64,000 bases of DNA. Source: Harriotta raleighana (Eukaryota). This document shows, piece after piece, positions 9,990 to 22,746 of this stretch; the stretch's first letter is position 1; each line of letters begins with the position of its first letter. The stretch lies in the NCBI GenBank assembly GCA_050575255.1, contig JBNZDD010013717.1:2683351-2747350 (forward strand), read 5' to 3'. The notes under the pieces were generated by a model. That model had not been told where the DNA came from. It made no database searches and saw only the letters and a program-made list of their open reading frames with translations. A program made the position numbers and the translations under genes.

Positions 9990-10240
9990 AACTCCTGAAA
10001 AGGTGGTGAAGGTCGATTCGATAACAACTTTTAAAAGAGAGGTAGACATTTATTTGGGGAGGATGGGTTCGCGAGGTTATGGAGAGAGAGCTGGGAGTGG
10101 GATTAAATTGCTCTTTTTAAAGAGCCAGCACAGATTCGATAGGCGAATGGTNGAGTGGGATTAAATTGCTCTTTTTAAAGAGCCAGCACAGACTCGATAG
10201 GCGAATGGTCTCCTTTTGTGCTGTAAAATTCTAGGTTACT
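9990..10240 (+). mobile_element. CR1 LINE 3' end
   Basis: EKVVKVDSITTFKREVDIYLGRMGSRGYGERAG; same family as 35497-36450. Confidence 0.8.
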
Positions 10241-10974
10241 ATAATTCCTTGCCTCCTCTTTGTCCATCTTCAATCACACTTGAAGACTTTCCTCTTCAAC
10301 TGTGCCTTCAGTCACCTCCCTTTCTGACTTGGCAATCCACTGTTAAGTGCTCCCAAGACGCTACGTGAGGGAATCGTGCAAGTTGTTGGTTGAATTTAGT
10401 AATCAATTTGATTCTGAGTTGGCAGCTTTGTGTCTGCCACAGGGTTGACTTATCAGTGAAGAGGTCAGAATTGCAACTTTCAAAGGCAAAGTTCAACTCA
10501 GAAATAATACATCAGTAAATTGCATGGCAAGTGAAAATGATGCAATTTAGATGATATTGCTAAATGAATGGTAAATCATCTTTTGTTATCCAGTGATTTG
10601 GTCTTCTACCGTTTAGAAATTGTGCTCTGCTTCCACCTCCTATACAATTTCACTTCAGGTTCACTCCAGCTGCTAGTAGTAAAAAGCCAATATGATCTGA
10701 TGTGCTTGCAGTTTTACTTCTCTTAGAACAAATATTTGATATCCATTCTGGTTCTTCCCTTTAGCTTCAAATATGATTGACAATTTATGCATCAGAGCCT
10801 ATATACTCCTAACAGATGCAAAATGGCATTTTAGTTTTTGTGTGCAGACTAGAAGGACTTGGCATTGGGACTTTGTTCTAAAGTATTAAAAGGATTCTTA
10901 ACAAACTGCTGGCAGGTTCACAAGATAAGCTGCATGATTCTCCTTCAGGTTTCAGTTTTCTCAGTTGGGATTCC

Positions 10975-11270
10975 GTCTAGCTCAGTTGGTAACACTGAGT
11001 CTATTGGGTTGTGCAATCCATACATCAATACATTCATAATTTAGGCTGACACTAAGGGGAAGAGAACTGCATTGTTGGAGGTGCAGTCCTTGAGAAGATG
11101 TTAAACTGCAATCCCATCTGTCTGTTGAGATGGACATTTAGTTCTCTGAAACTTTCCAAACATGTAGAGTTTCTCCCAGTCCTGGGCAACAATCCTTCAG
11201 ATAAAACTGGTCGTTCATTTTATGGTTGTTGTGCAACGATTAATGCAGTGTGCAAATTGCCTGCCAACGT
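10975..11270 (+). mobile_element. Old long DeuSINE (SacSINE1-like)
   Basis: gctcagttggtaacact head, then taggctgacact...gcattgttggaggtgcagtccttgagaagatgttaaac Deu-domain-like sequence. Confidence 0.65.
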
Positions 11271-11785
11271 TTTCTGAGTTTTCTTTAATGTAAATAACCA
11301 AAGAATTTTCTTTTCTCATCAGCAGTGAACATAAAAAACGAGAGCATGATCAGTTAAGCCTGTTTCAACACCAAGTAAATATATGTATTTGTGGACTTTA
11401 CCCCAATATTCTCTGATTTCCACCCCCCTTCAAATATTTAACCAAGGAAAAAGTACAAAATATTTCCAACCTTCCCCCTCACTTCTTTCTTCTACCTAGC
11501 CTGAGCACACAGAAATAAACCCTTTGAGTATAGGCTCACTTCAGTTTGCACCACTCCCTCTATACCTGAAATCCTGCTTTATGTCTAATGTTTAACCAGT
11601 TCTTGAATGAGGTAATTAATTTAGCGTTAACTGCCATTATTGACATCCACCACTTTTCAAATTATCTGCTGTGGGAAGGGAAATTGTCTAATCTGTTTGA
11701 GGCTTTTTAAAATAGACATTTTTCAAAAATTTAGGAAAATGGTCATACCAGGAGAGAGCAAAAGGCTTGAAAAAAAATAATAGTA

Positions 11786-12291
11786 CAGTAAAAGCCCACG
11801 TATCCGGCACCCTCGGGACCAGCCTGATGACGATTAGTTGAATTCGCCGGATATTCGGATGGCAGACTGTCGAAAATCCTACACAAAAAAAAACTTTTTT
11901 TTAACGTACCATATTAATAATAGACTAAATAATAACAGAATATTGTATGGATACCAATCAAGCAATAGATATTGATTACAGTCTATAAACACAGCACACA
12001 ATCACAAAGCAAACTTCTGCAATGGCGGACGGTAGTGGCTTAAAGTAGCACTGTTGGTTTTTCCTCTTAAATTGCTACTTGAAGAGGAAAAATCGACAGT
12101 GCCTTTAAGCCACTACCAGCAACATTCAGAACTACTCGTACTGTACTCTCGTGAGACAACTGACTCACTAAATGCACCACTGAGAGTGTGCCGGATGGCT
12201 TTGGTTGCTTGAATGGGAAATTGTATTGGGAGGAAATTGTATTGGTTGAGTGTTCCAGTTGGATGGGTGCTGCATACGTGGGCTTTTACTG
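11786..12291. mobile_element. pogo/Tigger-like MITE with perfect TIRs and TA target duplication
   Basis: TA-CAGTAAAAGCCCACGTAT ... ATACGTGGGCTTTTACTG-TA (18-bp perfect TIR). Confidence 0.88.
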
Positions 12292-12719
12292 TAGTATAAT
12301 AGTAACTATACCTTATGAATGAATTTTTGTTGTTGTGGTTTTTATCTCCACACTACCTGTCTCTATTCCCTTGTATTTTCCTTCTGTGTCTCCCTGTGTG
12401 CTTGTTCTGTTAGTGGTGAGTGAGAGCAATGAGGACCAACTGAGATATGTTGAAGTAAGAGTACATTAACTTGAGTTTTTTCTTCTTTGTGTGTATGGTT
12501 AGAGAATGTTTTTTTTAAGAAAACATTGGAGACAATCAACAACAACAAAATTACACTTTTCATGTCAGGACATCCAAAGGTGCTGGACAGTCATTGTTTC
12601 AGACCAATTAGATTAATTACTGCAATTCTTTAAGGATTAGAATGTGTACAACCTGGGGGCCGGGCACTGTGCAGTTCTTAACTTTATGCAAGTTGATATT
12701 TTTCCACCTTTATTAGACC

Positions 12720-12985
12720 TATCATCCTTTGGATGATATATTAAATTAAGATCCCGTTTACCTGTTTAGTTCTGATGTTAAAGATCTCACTGCACTATTT
12801 GAAAGCAAGAAGAATTTGTCAACAGCCAACACTCTTCCAGATATAATTCATCATGCACTTTTAAGGTTTTTTGTGGTACATTGCTGTGTGCACGTGCTGT
12901 TTTCTCAAATAATCGGTACATTTTTCAGCAAATGTCTGAAACAATTTAAGATGCTTGATTGTTATAGTTGCTATATCAAATGAAT
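12720..12985 (+). mobile_element. Old DeuSINE 3' half, ending just upstream of NUS1 exon 2
   Basis: catcctttggatgatatattaaa...gatgttaaagatctcactgcactatttgaa...ttgtggtacattgctgtgtgca...gctatatcaaatg parallels the Deu domain and tail of the copy at 63605-63940. Confidence 0.6.
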
Positions 12986-13014
12986 AGCATGTCCTGTTTT
13001 TTTTCCTCTTTCAG

Positions 13015-13143
13015 GTATTTTCAAGAGAAACAACTCTAGGCTAATGGAAGAAATCTTAAAACAGCAGCAAGAATTGCTGGGTCTAGGCTGTTCCAAGTAC
13101 CCTGTTGAATTTTTAAATAACAGTAACAGCAAAGTAGACCAAG
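13015..13143 (+). CDS. NUS1: NUS1 exon 2
   Basis: Acceptor ttttcctctttcAG; (G)[42 protein letters not shown]; donor AAG|GTGGGT; 129 nt, phase 1/1. Confidence 0.96.
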
Positions 13144-13927
13144 GTGGGTGACTGTTATTTTTCAATGAGAAGTTTATCTTAAGTTTCTTAAAAAGGAAAC
13201 CCTGGTACAGTATATTGCTGGCTTGATTACAATGTTGGTCTCCAGTACACTCATTACTAATCAAAGGTATAGTTTGGAACTAAAAGATTTGTGGTTTTTA
13301 TCTCCACAATTGTTTTAAAAATCTTAAAAGCATAATGTGGTTCAGATACAATTGTGCTGGATTGTAGAGTTGTTGACACAATGGCAGCATTTTTCCTGAA
13401 GTAGATTCTATTTGGATGGGAAACTGCTTAGAAAACTCCCATTAGAAGCATGGGTTGGTATAATTTGTTCATGCTGGGTGTGGAGATGGGATTGGTTTAT
13501 GCTGATACAATTTGAGCGAAAGCTTGAGATTCTAAATTTAAATGGCAGGTAACAAACCTGCATCTATTCACAGCACATGGGGCTTGACTGTGTTGCCTTG
13601 CTATGTATATTGTAAAAGCCTGAGTTAATGTATGCATAGATTTTAATTTGTTTATGGATCCTATAGAGTTGCTTATTGTAGCCATTCTTTTCTTCCTTTG
13701 GACTGAATCTTGACGCAAGTGAATGAGGTGGGTGGCTTACTCTCAGATCATTGTCAGATTGGGTCACAGATGCACGAGCACATTGGTGCGATTTCCATAA
13801 GCAATATAGGGTTTTTGTCTCTCCCTCTTTCTTAAGTTGAAAATTTGGTTGTAAGATCTTTTTTCTCTAGCACTTGTAGATTTGAGTTTATGCGTTGAAG
13901 ACCCAAGTTGGATTCTTTTAATTCACT

Positions 13928-14266
13928 GCCTTGGCTGATACTGCAATACAGCACTGCAGTGTGTCAGAGAAGCCGGCCTTTGGTTGAGATGTTAAACCAA
14001 AGTCCTGTCTGTGCCTGTTCCAGTGTTCATCAACGTAGCAATATTTTAAAAGATAGGGGAGTTTTGACCTGGTCAACATACTCCCAGATAAAGTGTCATT
14101 CTCTTCATGGCTGTTTGTTGGACATTGATGTGTACAACAGTGCCTACCACGTCTGCTTACAAAATATGCAGTCATTACACTTTGCAGTTAATACTTTGAA
14201 GTGCTTTGGACAAAGTCCTGATCTGAAAGATGCTACTGTATATCAAATGCAAGGATTATTAATAAT
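13928..14266 (+). mobile_element. Old DeuSINE, ending immediately before the NUS1 exon 3 acceptor
   Basis: ggctgatactgcaatacagcactg...tgagatgttaaaccaaagtcctgtctg...gctgtttgttggacattg...tatatcaaatgcaaggattattaataat. Confidence 0.72.
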
Positions 14267-14280
14267 TTACCTTTTTTTAG

Positions 14281-14433
14281 TTTTAACTTGTCCGACTACA
14301 GTTAAAGTACTATCACCCGATGACGGGAAAGAAGATATAGTGAAAGCTGCCAAGACGTATTGTCAATTAGTTGCTCAACACCAACGGAGGTCCAATGATC
14401 TAGATGTGAATGTTTTGGATAGTTTACTTAGAG
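14281..14433 (+). CDS. NUS1: NUS1 exon 3
   Basis: Acceptor ctttttttAG; (V)[50 protein letters not shown]; donor GAG|GTAAGT; 153 nt, phase 1/1. Confidence 0.96.
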
Positions 14434-15197
14434 GTAAGTTGTATCTCTCATTCAGTAGGAATAACACTTCAAAGTGCTTAACCAATTATAAAACTCGAGA
14501 ATGTATTTAATGAAACAAAAGAGGTCATTTCCAGAGTAAACCCATGAATAGGATGGTTTAGTTCCCTGAGGGTCACATCAGTTGTAAAATAAAGCTCAAG
14601 AAAATGAGGCTATCACTGACTACTTCCTGTGTGATGAGCAGCAAACTCACTTGATGTTGCATCTAATTACATTTTTTTTAAAAAGCCATTGACATAACAT
14701 TGTGCAGTGACATCAGCAGCACCTTATGTGCACAACGTGTGTATAACATTGTCAGTTGTGACCTGATGACTGTTTAGTGTGGGAAGCTGGCTGGTCAGTG
14801 CTGGAAGCCAGGTGGCCACCTCTGTAGTGTACACCCTCACTGTAAACGGACCCACGCTAAATCAGGACACTATAACTGCGATGTGCTATTGTATTCTATA
14901 GAGATTGATTAAAGAATCATTGTCAATGTTTTGAGTGATACTTGATGACATGTGAAAACTTGGAAGTAAGCCCATTTACCTGTGATCCACAAGCCCAGTA
15001 AGTCCAACTTTTTCAAATGCCATCATTTAATATTGTGGTCTTTACAAATCTGTGGATTCCACCCGCCCACTAACTCTTGAGTGAATGTTATGAATACACA
15101 CAAGAATGTCAGAATATTTATCCATCTTTGGTCTTCCTTCGATATGCATTTATCTTGCTCCTCAAATGGCACTGATGTTATGTGGAATGGAATATTA

Positions 15198-15503
15198 GTG
15201 GGGTCCTGTAGATCAGTGTTTAGAGTACTCACCTTACAAATGAGAGACCTGGATTTAATTCCAGGCAGGGCAAAACCTTGGGCAAGTTTCCTTACTCCAC
15301 ATGCCTAATAATATTCCCACACACAAAAAAAACTTGGTCATTTCAATCCACAACTGTTTGTGGCACACTGATGTGCTCAATTGGCTGCTATGTTTTGCCC
15401 ACAAAATATACAGTGAATTCACTTTACGGTATATTCTGTGAAGCTCTTTGAAACGTCTAGAAAATGTGAAAAGCGCTATATCGAATTCAAGGATTATTAT
15501 TAT
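15198..15503 (+). mobile_element. Full-length tRNA-derived SINE (short family)
   Basis: gggtcctgtagatcagtgtttagagtactcaccttacaa head ... gcgctatatcgaattcaaggattattattat tail. Confidence 0.85.
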
Positions 15504-16717
15504 CTGCCCACACTCTCTGTAACTCCATTCGGAATCCCATTGACGGCCTCAAGACATTCTTCTTTGACGGCCCTTTCGGCCATCCTTCCAATCCTCCCCC
15601 CTCTCCCCACCCCTTGGCTCCCACCTCCAGCTGAGTTATAAACAGACAGTCCAGCATTAAAGGCACTATCTAAATGTAAATAATTTTATTGTGGGCAGAT
15701 AATCTTATTTCGCGTATCCACCGACTATGGGTGGAGGTCTGTGAGTTGACTTCCTATCTGGTAATTATTTTAAAAGAAATTCAGCAGTTGGAACACTCTT
15801 GTTTTTAATTTCTAAATTCCCTTGCAATTTCTCTTAATGATTTGAAACAATGGATTTAAACAAATGCCATGCAGTTTCATACTTGTTTGACTCGAGGAGA
15901 ATGCAACAGTTTCATGTGTGCTCACAACTTCAGTAACAAACCTGTTGAGACTCAGTGATTCAAAACGGTGTAGGTTGCTCTCTCAAGCGGGAACTTTGAT
16001 CAAAGTGACATTCTTCAACCACAATTTACTCAATTTAACATCAGGACCACTGCAATCTACTACTGCTTTGTTTTTGGGTACCTTTGATTGCTCCAGTAAT
16101 GAATCAGCTGGATTGCCAAAGAATACCAGTAACAGGGTCAGCAGGAATTTACGTTGTTTTGGCCACAGTGAGAAAGTTTGGAAAATTATACTCCAGACCT
16201 ACCTGAAAAATTACCCACACACACACTGAGCCTGGATATACTAAGGCAATTCCTCCTCTAGTCCTCGTATGCATCAGTGAATTATCGGCAATACCCAAAT
16301 TAGTTCTCCAAGTGGATATTGTGGAATCTATATTGAGCTCAATAAAAGAAAACTTCACATTGGAAGAAAATTATAGCCAGGAGCCTCAAATCTCCTAAAC
16401 TTACTTGTTTAAATTGAACCCACAAATTCACAATGATAACTAGTGCTTACTCCATGGCTGCTTCTATACGCGTAAATATGCGTGCTACTCTGCTCATGAG
16501 TAATCAATGCTTTGTATTTAAGTCATTACCTCTATTTAAATTATTGTTTTGTACTTTCCAACAAAAGACCAACCCGGTCTTGTGGACTATATTAAAATAA
16601 TTAATCAAATTTGCTACAGCTTAGACATCTTTGTTTTACCAGGAGATTACCCCCCCACCAACACCATGCTGATATTTCCAAATTCTCCAGCCCACTTCTT
16701 TGCAATTTTTAATGTGA

Positions 16718-16921
<204 letters not shown>

Positions 16922-17969
16922 TAAATGACTTTTGGCATTTTTTTTCCTGAAAGTAAATTGAGATTGTGTGGCATGTTTAAAGGAGAAAGTTGTTTGTTTT
17001 TATTAGTCTTTAATAAAAAACCTTTCATTGTTTAGGACACTCCCAACTGCATTTTCCCAAACTGTGTTTTAATTTTTATTAATGAGTGTTCCCGAAATCA
17101 ACATTTGCAAGTCTCGTGACAAGTTGAAATTCATTTGTCCTGGATATTAAATCACAGAGACATGCAATTTCTCACAAGGGGTTAGTTTTAAGGTGTGCCT
17201 TTGGAGGGAAGAGGCTTAGAAATGCTGAGGGAAAAAGTGCTTTATGGCATCCTCCTGAAGTAAAGTGAAAGCTTTCTATAAATGTAAATTAATTTGTGTT
17301 TCTTTTGTGTGATCAACCAGGCATCTGACTTGACTGGAACTCAAATCAACAAAAACGTTCATTAGTTTAATGTGAACACAGGCATAGTTGTATTTGAAAT
17401 TTACACTCTGTGTCAGTCCTTGTTTGTCATGTTGAGGATGAGGACATAAATCTCGATTTACAATTCCAGAGCAGAAGGACATATTCCATCCGCTTAGTTG
17501 TACATAGATTTTAAAGCTTATTTTTTGTAGGGATAACTCTAGATGTTGGTAGAGTAAGTGATACACTAAATAGGTTTTGAAAAGCTCGGTTTGCTAATTA
17601 GTCGATCAGGACAAAGGTACCAGGAATTGTAAGATGCAGGTGTGAGAGTTCAGACTCTCCTGTAGAATAACGTGACCATAGAAACTATAAGTGCTTTGAG
17701 AAATAGTTGTCTGGGATAATGGGCAAGGAAGGATAACCCTAGATTAATTACAGTCTCCTGGCTGGCTCACCAATTTAAGAGATTCGGATGGGGATGACCA
17801 ATACGGTGGTGTAATAATCCAAAGTTTTTTTTAAGTAAAGCAAACAGCTTAATTTAGTCTTAAAACTGAGACCATAGATACAGTAAAATCGATTTTGATT
17901 CCATTGGGAAGTGCACTGACCCTCTACAGAACCCCCAACTAGTTGAAAGTTACATCTTTCTTTGAATTC

Positions 17970-18155
17970 CTTTTCAATTCAAGATCCTCAGCTTTAAACC
18001 ACTCCATGGGCTTGACCAACCCTATAACTGCAACCTCCTAATTACCCTCCCTTCCCTCCACGATTCTGATCCCAGCTCGGGGTCACTGACTGTCCAGCAC
18101 CAAGGGACATCCTTTCGATGTGAAAGGCTGTATAAATGTCATTTTGTTGTTGTTA
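17970..18155 (+). mobile_element. L2 3' fragment (internally deleted)
   Basis: aattcaagatcctca...ccactccatgggcttg...ctgtccagcaccaagggacatcc...ttttgttgttgtt. Confidence 0.7.
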
Positions 18156-19397
18156 TGTTTCTAACCCTACCTCTCCTTGTCACAGAGATAGTCCATACCC
18201 TTACAGGCTGCTAGTGATCTTTGAGCAGGCTCTTTTCGTATGGGAAAATAATTGATAAGGAGAAAGATAATGGCCACCTAATTGGGAGGATTTGTTTCTT
18301 GAGACTGTGTTTCCTGTTCCTTGAGACTGTGTTTCTCGCTCTGAGATTCCTTGTTTTCACATCTGTGCTCTGGGACATGATTACTCAATTCTTAGATGGG
18401 AGGATGACAATGGGACCCAGACACCGAGCAAGGGAAAGTTATCAGAACCTGACCTCAGCCGTGGTTAAGCCAATATATCTTATCGTTTGCTAACACTAAT
18501 TGTACATTTGCCCTCACAGAAACCTCAGTTAGTTATTAAAACTACACGGCCTTATCCATGTCATAATAGCTAAGGAATGCTTTACTAAACAAGTTATCAG
18601 TGTTTGGTTTTATTTTAAAAGTATACTAATGAAACATCTTAAACACTAAGCATCATAAATATGATGTTATACAGTATCCTGTGGAACACTTCAGACTGGT
18701 CATTTGGTTGCTTTACTCCCTTAGTTGTTTTCATTGTAGCACTAGATGGCAGTGTGTACCTGTTGTGTTTCCTGTATTCACATCCACCATGTGTCTTGAA
18801 ACTTGAATATAACAGAATATAGAAAAGCAAACATAACGACTCTTAAATTACATATTCTGGTCATTTTAAGGCCATTAATACTAATTACTTAAAATGTGGC
18901 TGACTGTTGCAGGTAACTCTCAATTCCATCCAATATGAATTGATTAGTCTTACAGAAATTGTTAAGCATGTCCTATGTTCTTATTTGGATGCAAGTAGCC
19001 TGATGCTTTTGTTTTGTGTGTGCGCGAGCATGTGCGTAGTTTTGTGCTGCTATATACACCATTCTAAACTGAGCATTATTGTAGTCTTGATGGAAAAACG
19101 AATGTAACATTAGGAAATGAATTCCATGTTTTAATTATATAGATTTACGGTCATGTACTGTAATATTGATCCAAGTATTTATGTCCTTTGAGTTGAGGAA
19201 GGTTTCGTTAGCTGTTAAGTGTCCCTGACCAAGCTGCTGGATGCAATGCCATTAAGTAACCACTTGCATTTTTATAAAACATTCTTGAGCAATAGCCAGG
19301 TTGAGGAAGGAAAAACACTTGCTGAAAAATGATGGTTGCACATATAAACTTTGATTAGGGATAATGTGGGATACCATGCAATCTTTGATGGAAGAAA

Positions 19398-19645
19398 TTA
19401 ATAATGATAATAATCTTTGCATTTGATATAGTGCTTTTCACATCTTCTAGATGTCTCAAAGCACTTCACAGATTATACTGTGAAGTGAATTGACTGTAGA
19501 TGTTTTGAGCAAAACGCAGCAGCCAGTTGCGCACAGCGGTGTTCCACAAACATTCGTGGATTGAAGAGACCAAATTATTTTCTTGAGGGATTATTATCAG
19601 GTGTGTGGAATAAGGAAAGTTGCCCAAGGTTTTGCCCTGGCCGGG
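19398..19645 (-). mobile_element. tRNA-derived SINE (short family), 5' truncated
   Basis: (AAT)n, ctttgcatttgatatagtgc ... ttgcccaaggttttgccctgg. Confidence 0.8.
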
Positions 19646-20312
19646 AATAATCGTAAAAAGTTTGAGAGTAATCCTAAAAATAATCCTAGAATAAATAAGG
19701 AGCCCCTTATCATATAGTTGAGCCATCTCAAAGAGCTTCACAGGATTGAAACTGGATTTTGCATTTGCGGGCGATAGCTAATTACTCAGGGACACTACCC
19801 TGCGTGAGGGGTGCTAGATAAACGCACATTGTTGTTGTTGGGTGGGTTGGGGGCAGAAGAGGCATAGGGAAAGTGTGATAATGACCACCTTATGGTACTC
19901 CCTAATGCCATCTCACTACTGTAGATGTTTTCGGCAAAGAAGGAGGAGGCCATTCGAACATATAAATAAAATGATCTGACATGGTCATTAACCAAAGTTA
20001 ATGTTTAATAGTGCTCTGAGAGATTGACACAAATATCCTGCAGTAACACTACATTTCTTTAAACTAGGTGTGGGAGAGAAGATAATTTACAATATTATGT
20101 TACATTTTTCAGTAAAATGGTATGAGCTTTCCTATTGAATAGTGTGGAACTTTATTTGAATGACTTAGAAGTTTTAATCATCGTGTAAAATCTGACCAAC
20201 ATAGTCATTTGTTTATATTACAAGATAAGATTTTTTAATACAAATTAATTGATATGTATTTAATGTTGTAAATGTGCAATTTCAAACCACTCCTGTACTT
20301 CTGTTCCCACAG

Positions 20313-20403
20313 ATCTTTGCCTTCTCACATCAATCTAAGTTATGAATGCTTTTTTTCTGCCATCCAACGCTTTGCAGTCTGTGAGCAACGTATGGGAAAA
20401 TGA
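20313..20403 (+). CDS. NUS1: NUS1 exon 5 (terminal coding exon)
   Basis: Acceptor ctgttcccacAG; [29 protein letters not shown], with the C-terminal RxG motif. The spliced CDS is 322+129+153+100+91 = 795 nt (264 aa). Confidence 0.97.
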
Positions 20404-22740
20404 CCAGATGACATGGAATCAATTCCAGGCTTCAGTCAAAGGGACCCAATGTTTACAAGCACATGTGAACCATTGAAGCCCAGTTCAGTGTCTATTTATC
20501 AATTGAAGATATGAAACATTCTTCTCTGTCCAGATGTTCTTCTGTAAGTGTCTGTGAGGGTCAATCTGTGTAACAGTGAGCAAATCTGGGCTTGACAGCA
20601 GTAGTTTGGCATTTCCAAATGGGACCTGTTTTTGAAAACAACTATACGTCCAAAAGGTCTCAGTACTGTACGTCATTGGACTCTTCTTCCCAGGGTGATA
20701 TCGACAAACAATCTTTCTACAATGCCTTGCACTAAATGTGTGTTCAATAGATGTATTTAGCTATTGCAATTTATAAAATATGATTTCAACATAACCTGCA
20801 GTTTTAATTGGCTGGAATTTAGCCTTAAACTAAAGTCTACACCAGGGATATATGGTCATATTCAGGAAAATACTACTAAAAGATTTCAAGGCAGCTAAAT
20901 TTGTATTTGTTTACAAAGCTTTATCAGTATGGAAATTGGATTCTGTGAAAGTAAGCAACTGCACTATTCCATTCTAGCATTGTGATCTGCTCTGTTTGTA
21001 CTTTGCTTTATGTGGTGCAGTTGCGCAATGTGCTCGTCGGTGCCCTATACATGGGGGTTGTAGACCAATGTGTGATTCTATATTAGCTGCAGAATAAATT
21101 TGACTACAACTTGAGGCTTGAAATGCTTTTGTTGCTCCCATTTCCAGTGATTATAATTGCTCTTCAATAATTTTGTTTGTTTCTGTGGGGTGGATCTATT
21201 GAAAATTAGTGATACGTGAGGGGTTATGTTTGAATTCAAGCACATAAAAAACAAGGGATGTCTAGGGAAGCATTGCAAGGGATTGCAATAATACAATTTT
21301 AAGGGTTCAGATTGCATAAACAGTGATGCTCAATTGGGTTATAATCAGAATATTAATATGGATTACTGATTTTAATTGCCTATGAAGTATTTATTTATAT
21401 AATGCAGCATATAAAAATGCAATATTTTTTGTACCTTCAGAAATCCAGAGGACTTAATCTCTGAGCTCCATGAGTTTGTTCCACAATGCAGATGCTCTGA
21501 TGTGTAACTTCATTAACATTTGTGACCTGAGCAGATGTATGGGTACATGTGTCTGTATAGCATTGTTATAGTTTCGCAGTGTTCTGGAATAGCAAGCGTA
21601 TTGTTGTGTAAAAGATAATGCTTTGAGTATAATTGTCAAATTGCAACAGATTACAGAATGTAAATCCGTTTATCTGTGTCAGTGGCAGATGTGATGATAT
21701 GATGGCATGATCTTGATATGATGGTGTCACATTGTCACCTATCAATGTAGGGAAGAGGAGCTTGTGAATCCGGTGATGTATGTGTTATTTTGGTTGATGC
21801 CAAACCCTTATTTTCTTCAGTAATTAACCTGGAATGAGTAAATGTATCATCACTAATTGGAAATGCTAAATATATTGGGAAAAGGGAGGGTTGCGTTCCT
21901 GTTGAGAACTGAGATAAATAACTAGTATTCAATGCATATGACATTGGCCTGGCATGTGTACGTATAATTCAAATAATTGAATTAAAATGTTTTTATGATT
22001 TAAAAATAAATGGAACACATCTACTACTTGTATGAGAAGATACAGATCCAAGATGTATAGTCTCATTGTGCAAAATTAAAAGTGTTTCTTTTGTCATGGC
22101 AAGTAAGATGGCAAAAGTAATTTCTGTTTATCAGAGCATCAAATTCTTATTGGATACACATGGTTATTAATCAAAATGTTTCAAGTGCTGCTTAGGGAAG
22201 AGCAGTTTATTATTGGCACTGTGACATTTTCAGTTTGTAATTGATGATAAAATTCTGCAGCTATAAAGTGAAAATGGTGTGAATGTGGATGGATGGCTAG
22301 TTTCTTTTTGATTACAATTCTTTTGCACAGGTCACTAGTGTTATCTCCTTATATTACACGTTTCAGTCCAGTTCTTTTTGAATTAACTATCCGTGTAATG
22401 TAGCATTACAGATATTTTCATAACCATTTGGTTAAATTCACTCATTTTGGGAAGAGGAGAAAGAGAGCAAACTATTCTTTGAAACAGTGCCAAATACACT
22501 GTGAAATCCAGATGATGTGCTGTGAATGTACAATTGACTTGAGCATTTTTCTAATGCCCTACTATTAAAATTGGACACTGCAATGATATATAGATCAAAC
22601 TTAGCTTCTACATTTCACAAAGTTTGTAGCCGCTGGCTACTTGTACATAAACTGTAAAACCAGTTTTTACAAATTAGAAAATGTCTTGAATTTTATTATA
22701 AATGGGATATACTGTGTACCTGTATAATGACAGATGAACA

Positions 22741-22746
22741 AATAAA
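22741..22746 (+). terminator. Candidate NUS1 polyadenylation signal
   Basis: AATAAA preceded by TGTA motifs and followed by a GU/U-rich stretch, at the end of a stretch of about 2.3 kb with no recognisable repeats. Alternative AATAAA sites lie near 21093 and 22005. Confidence 0.5.

Noticed and set aside
13908-14510. 200-aa ORF
   Set aside because: Only 14281-14433 is NUS1 exon 3. The upstream part is SINE sequence that happens to be open and the downstream part is intron.
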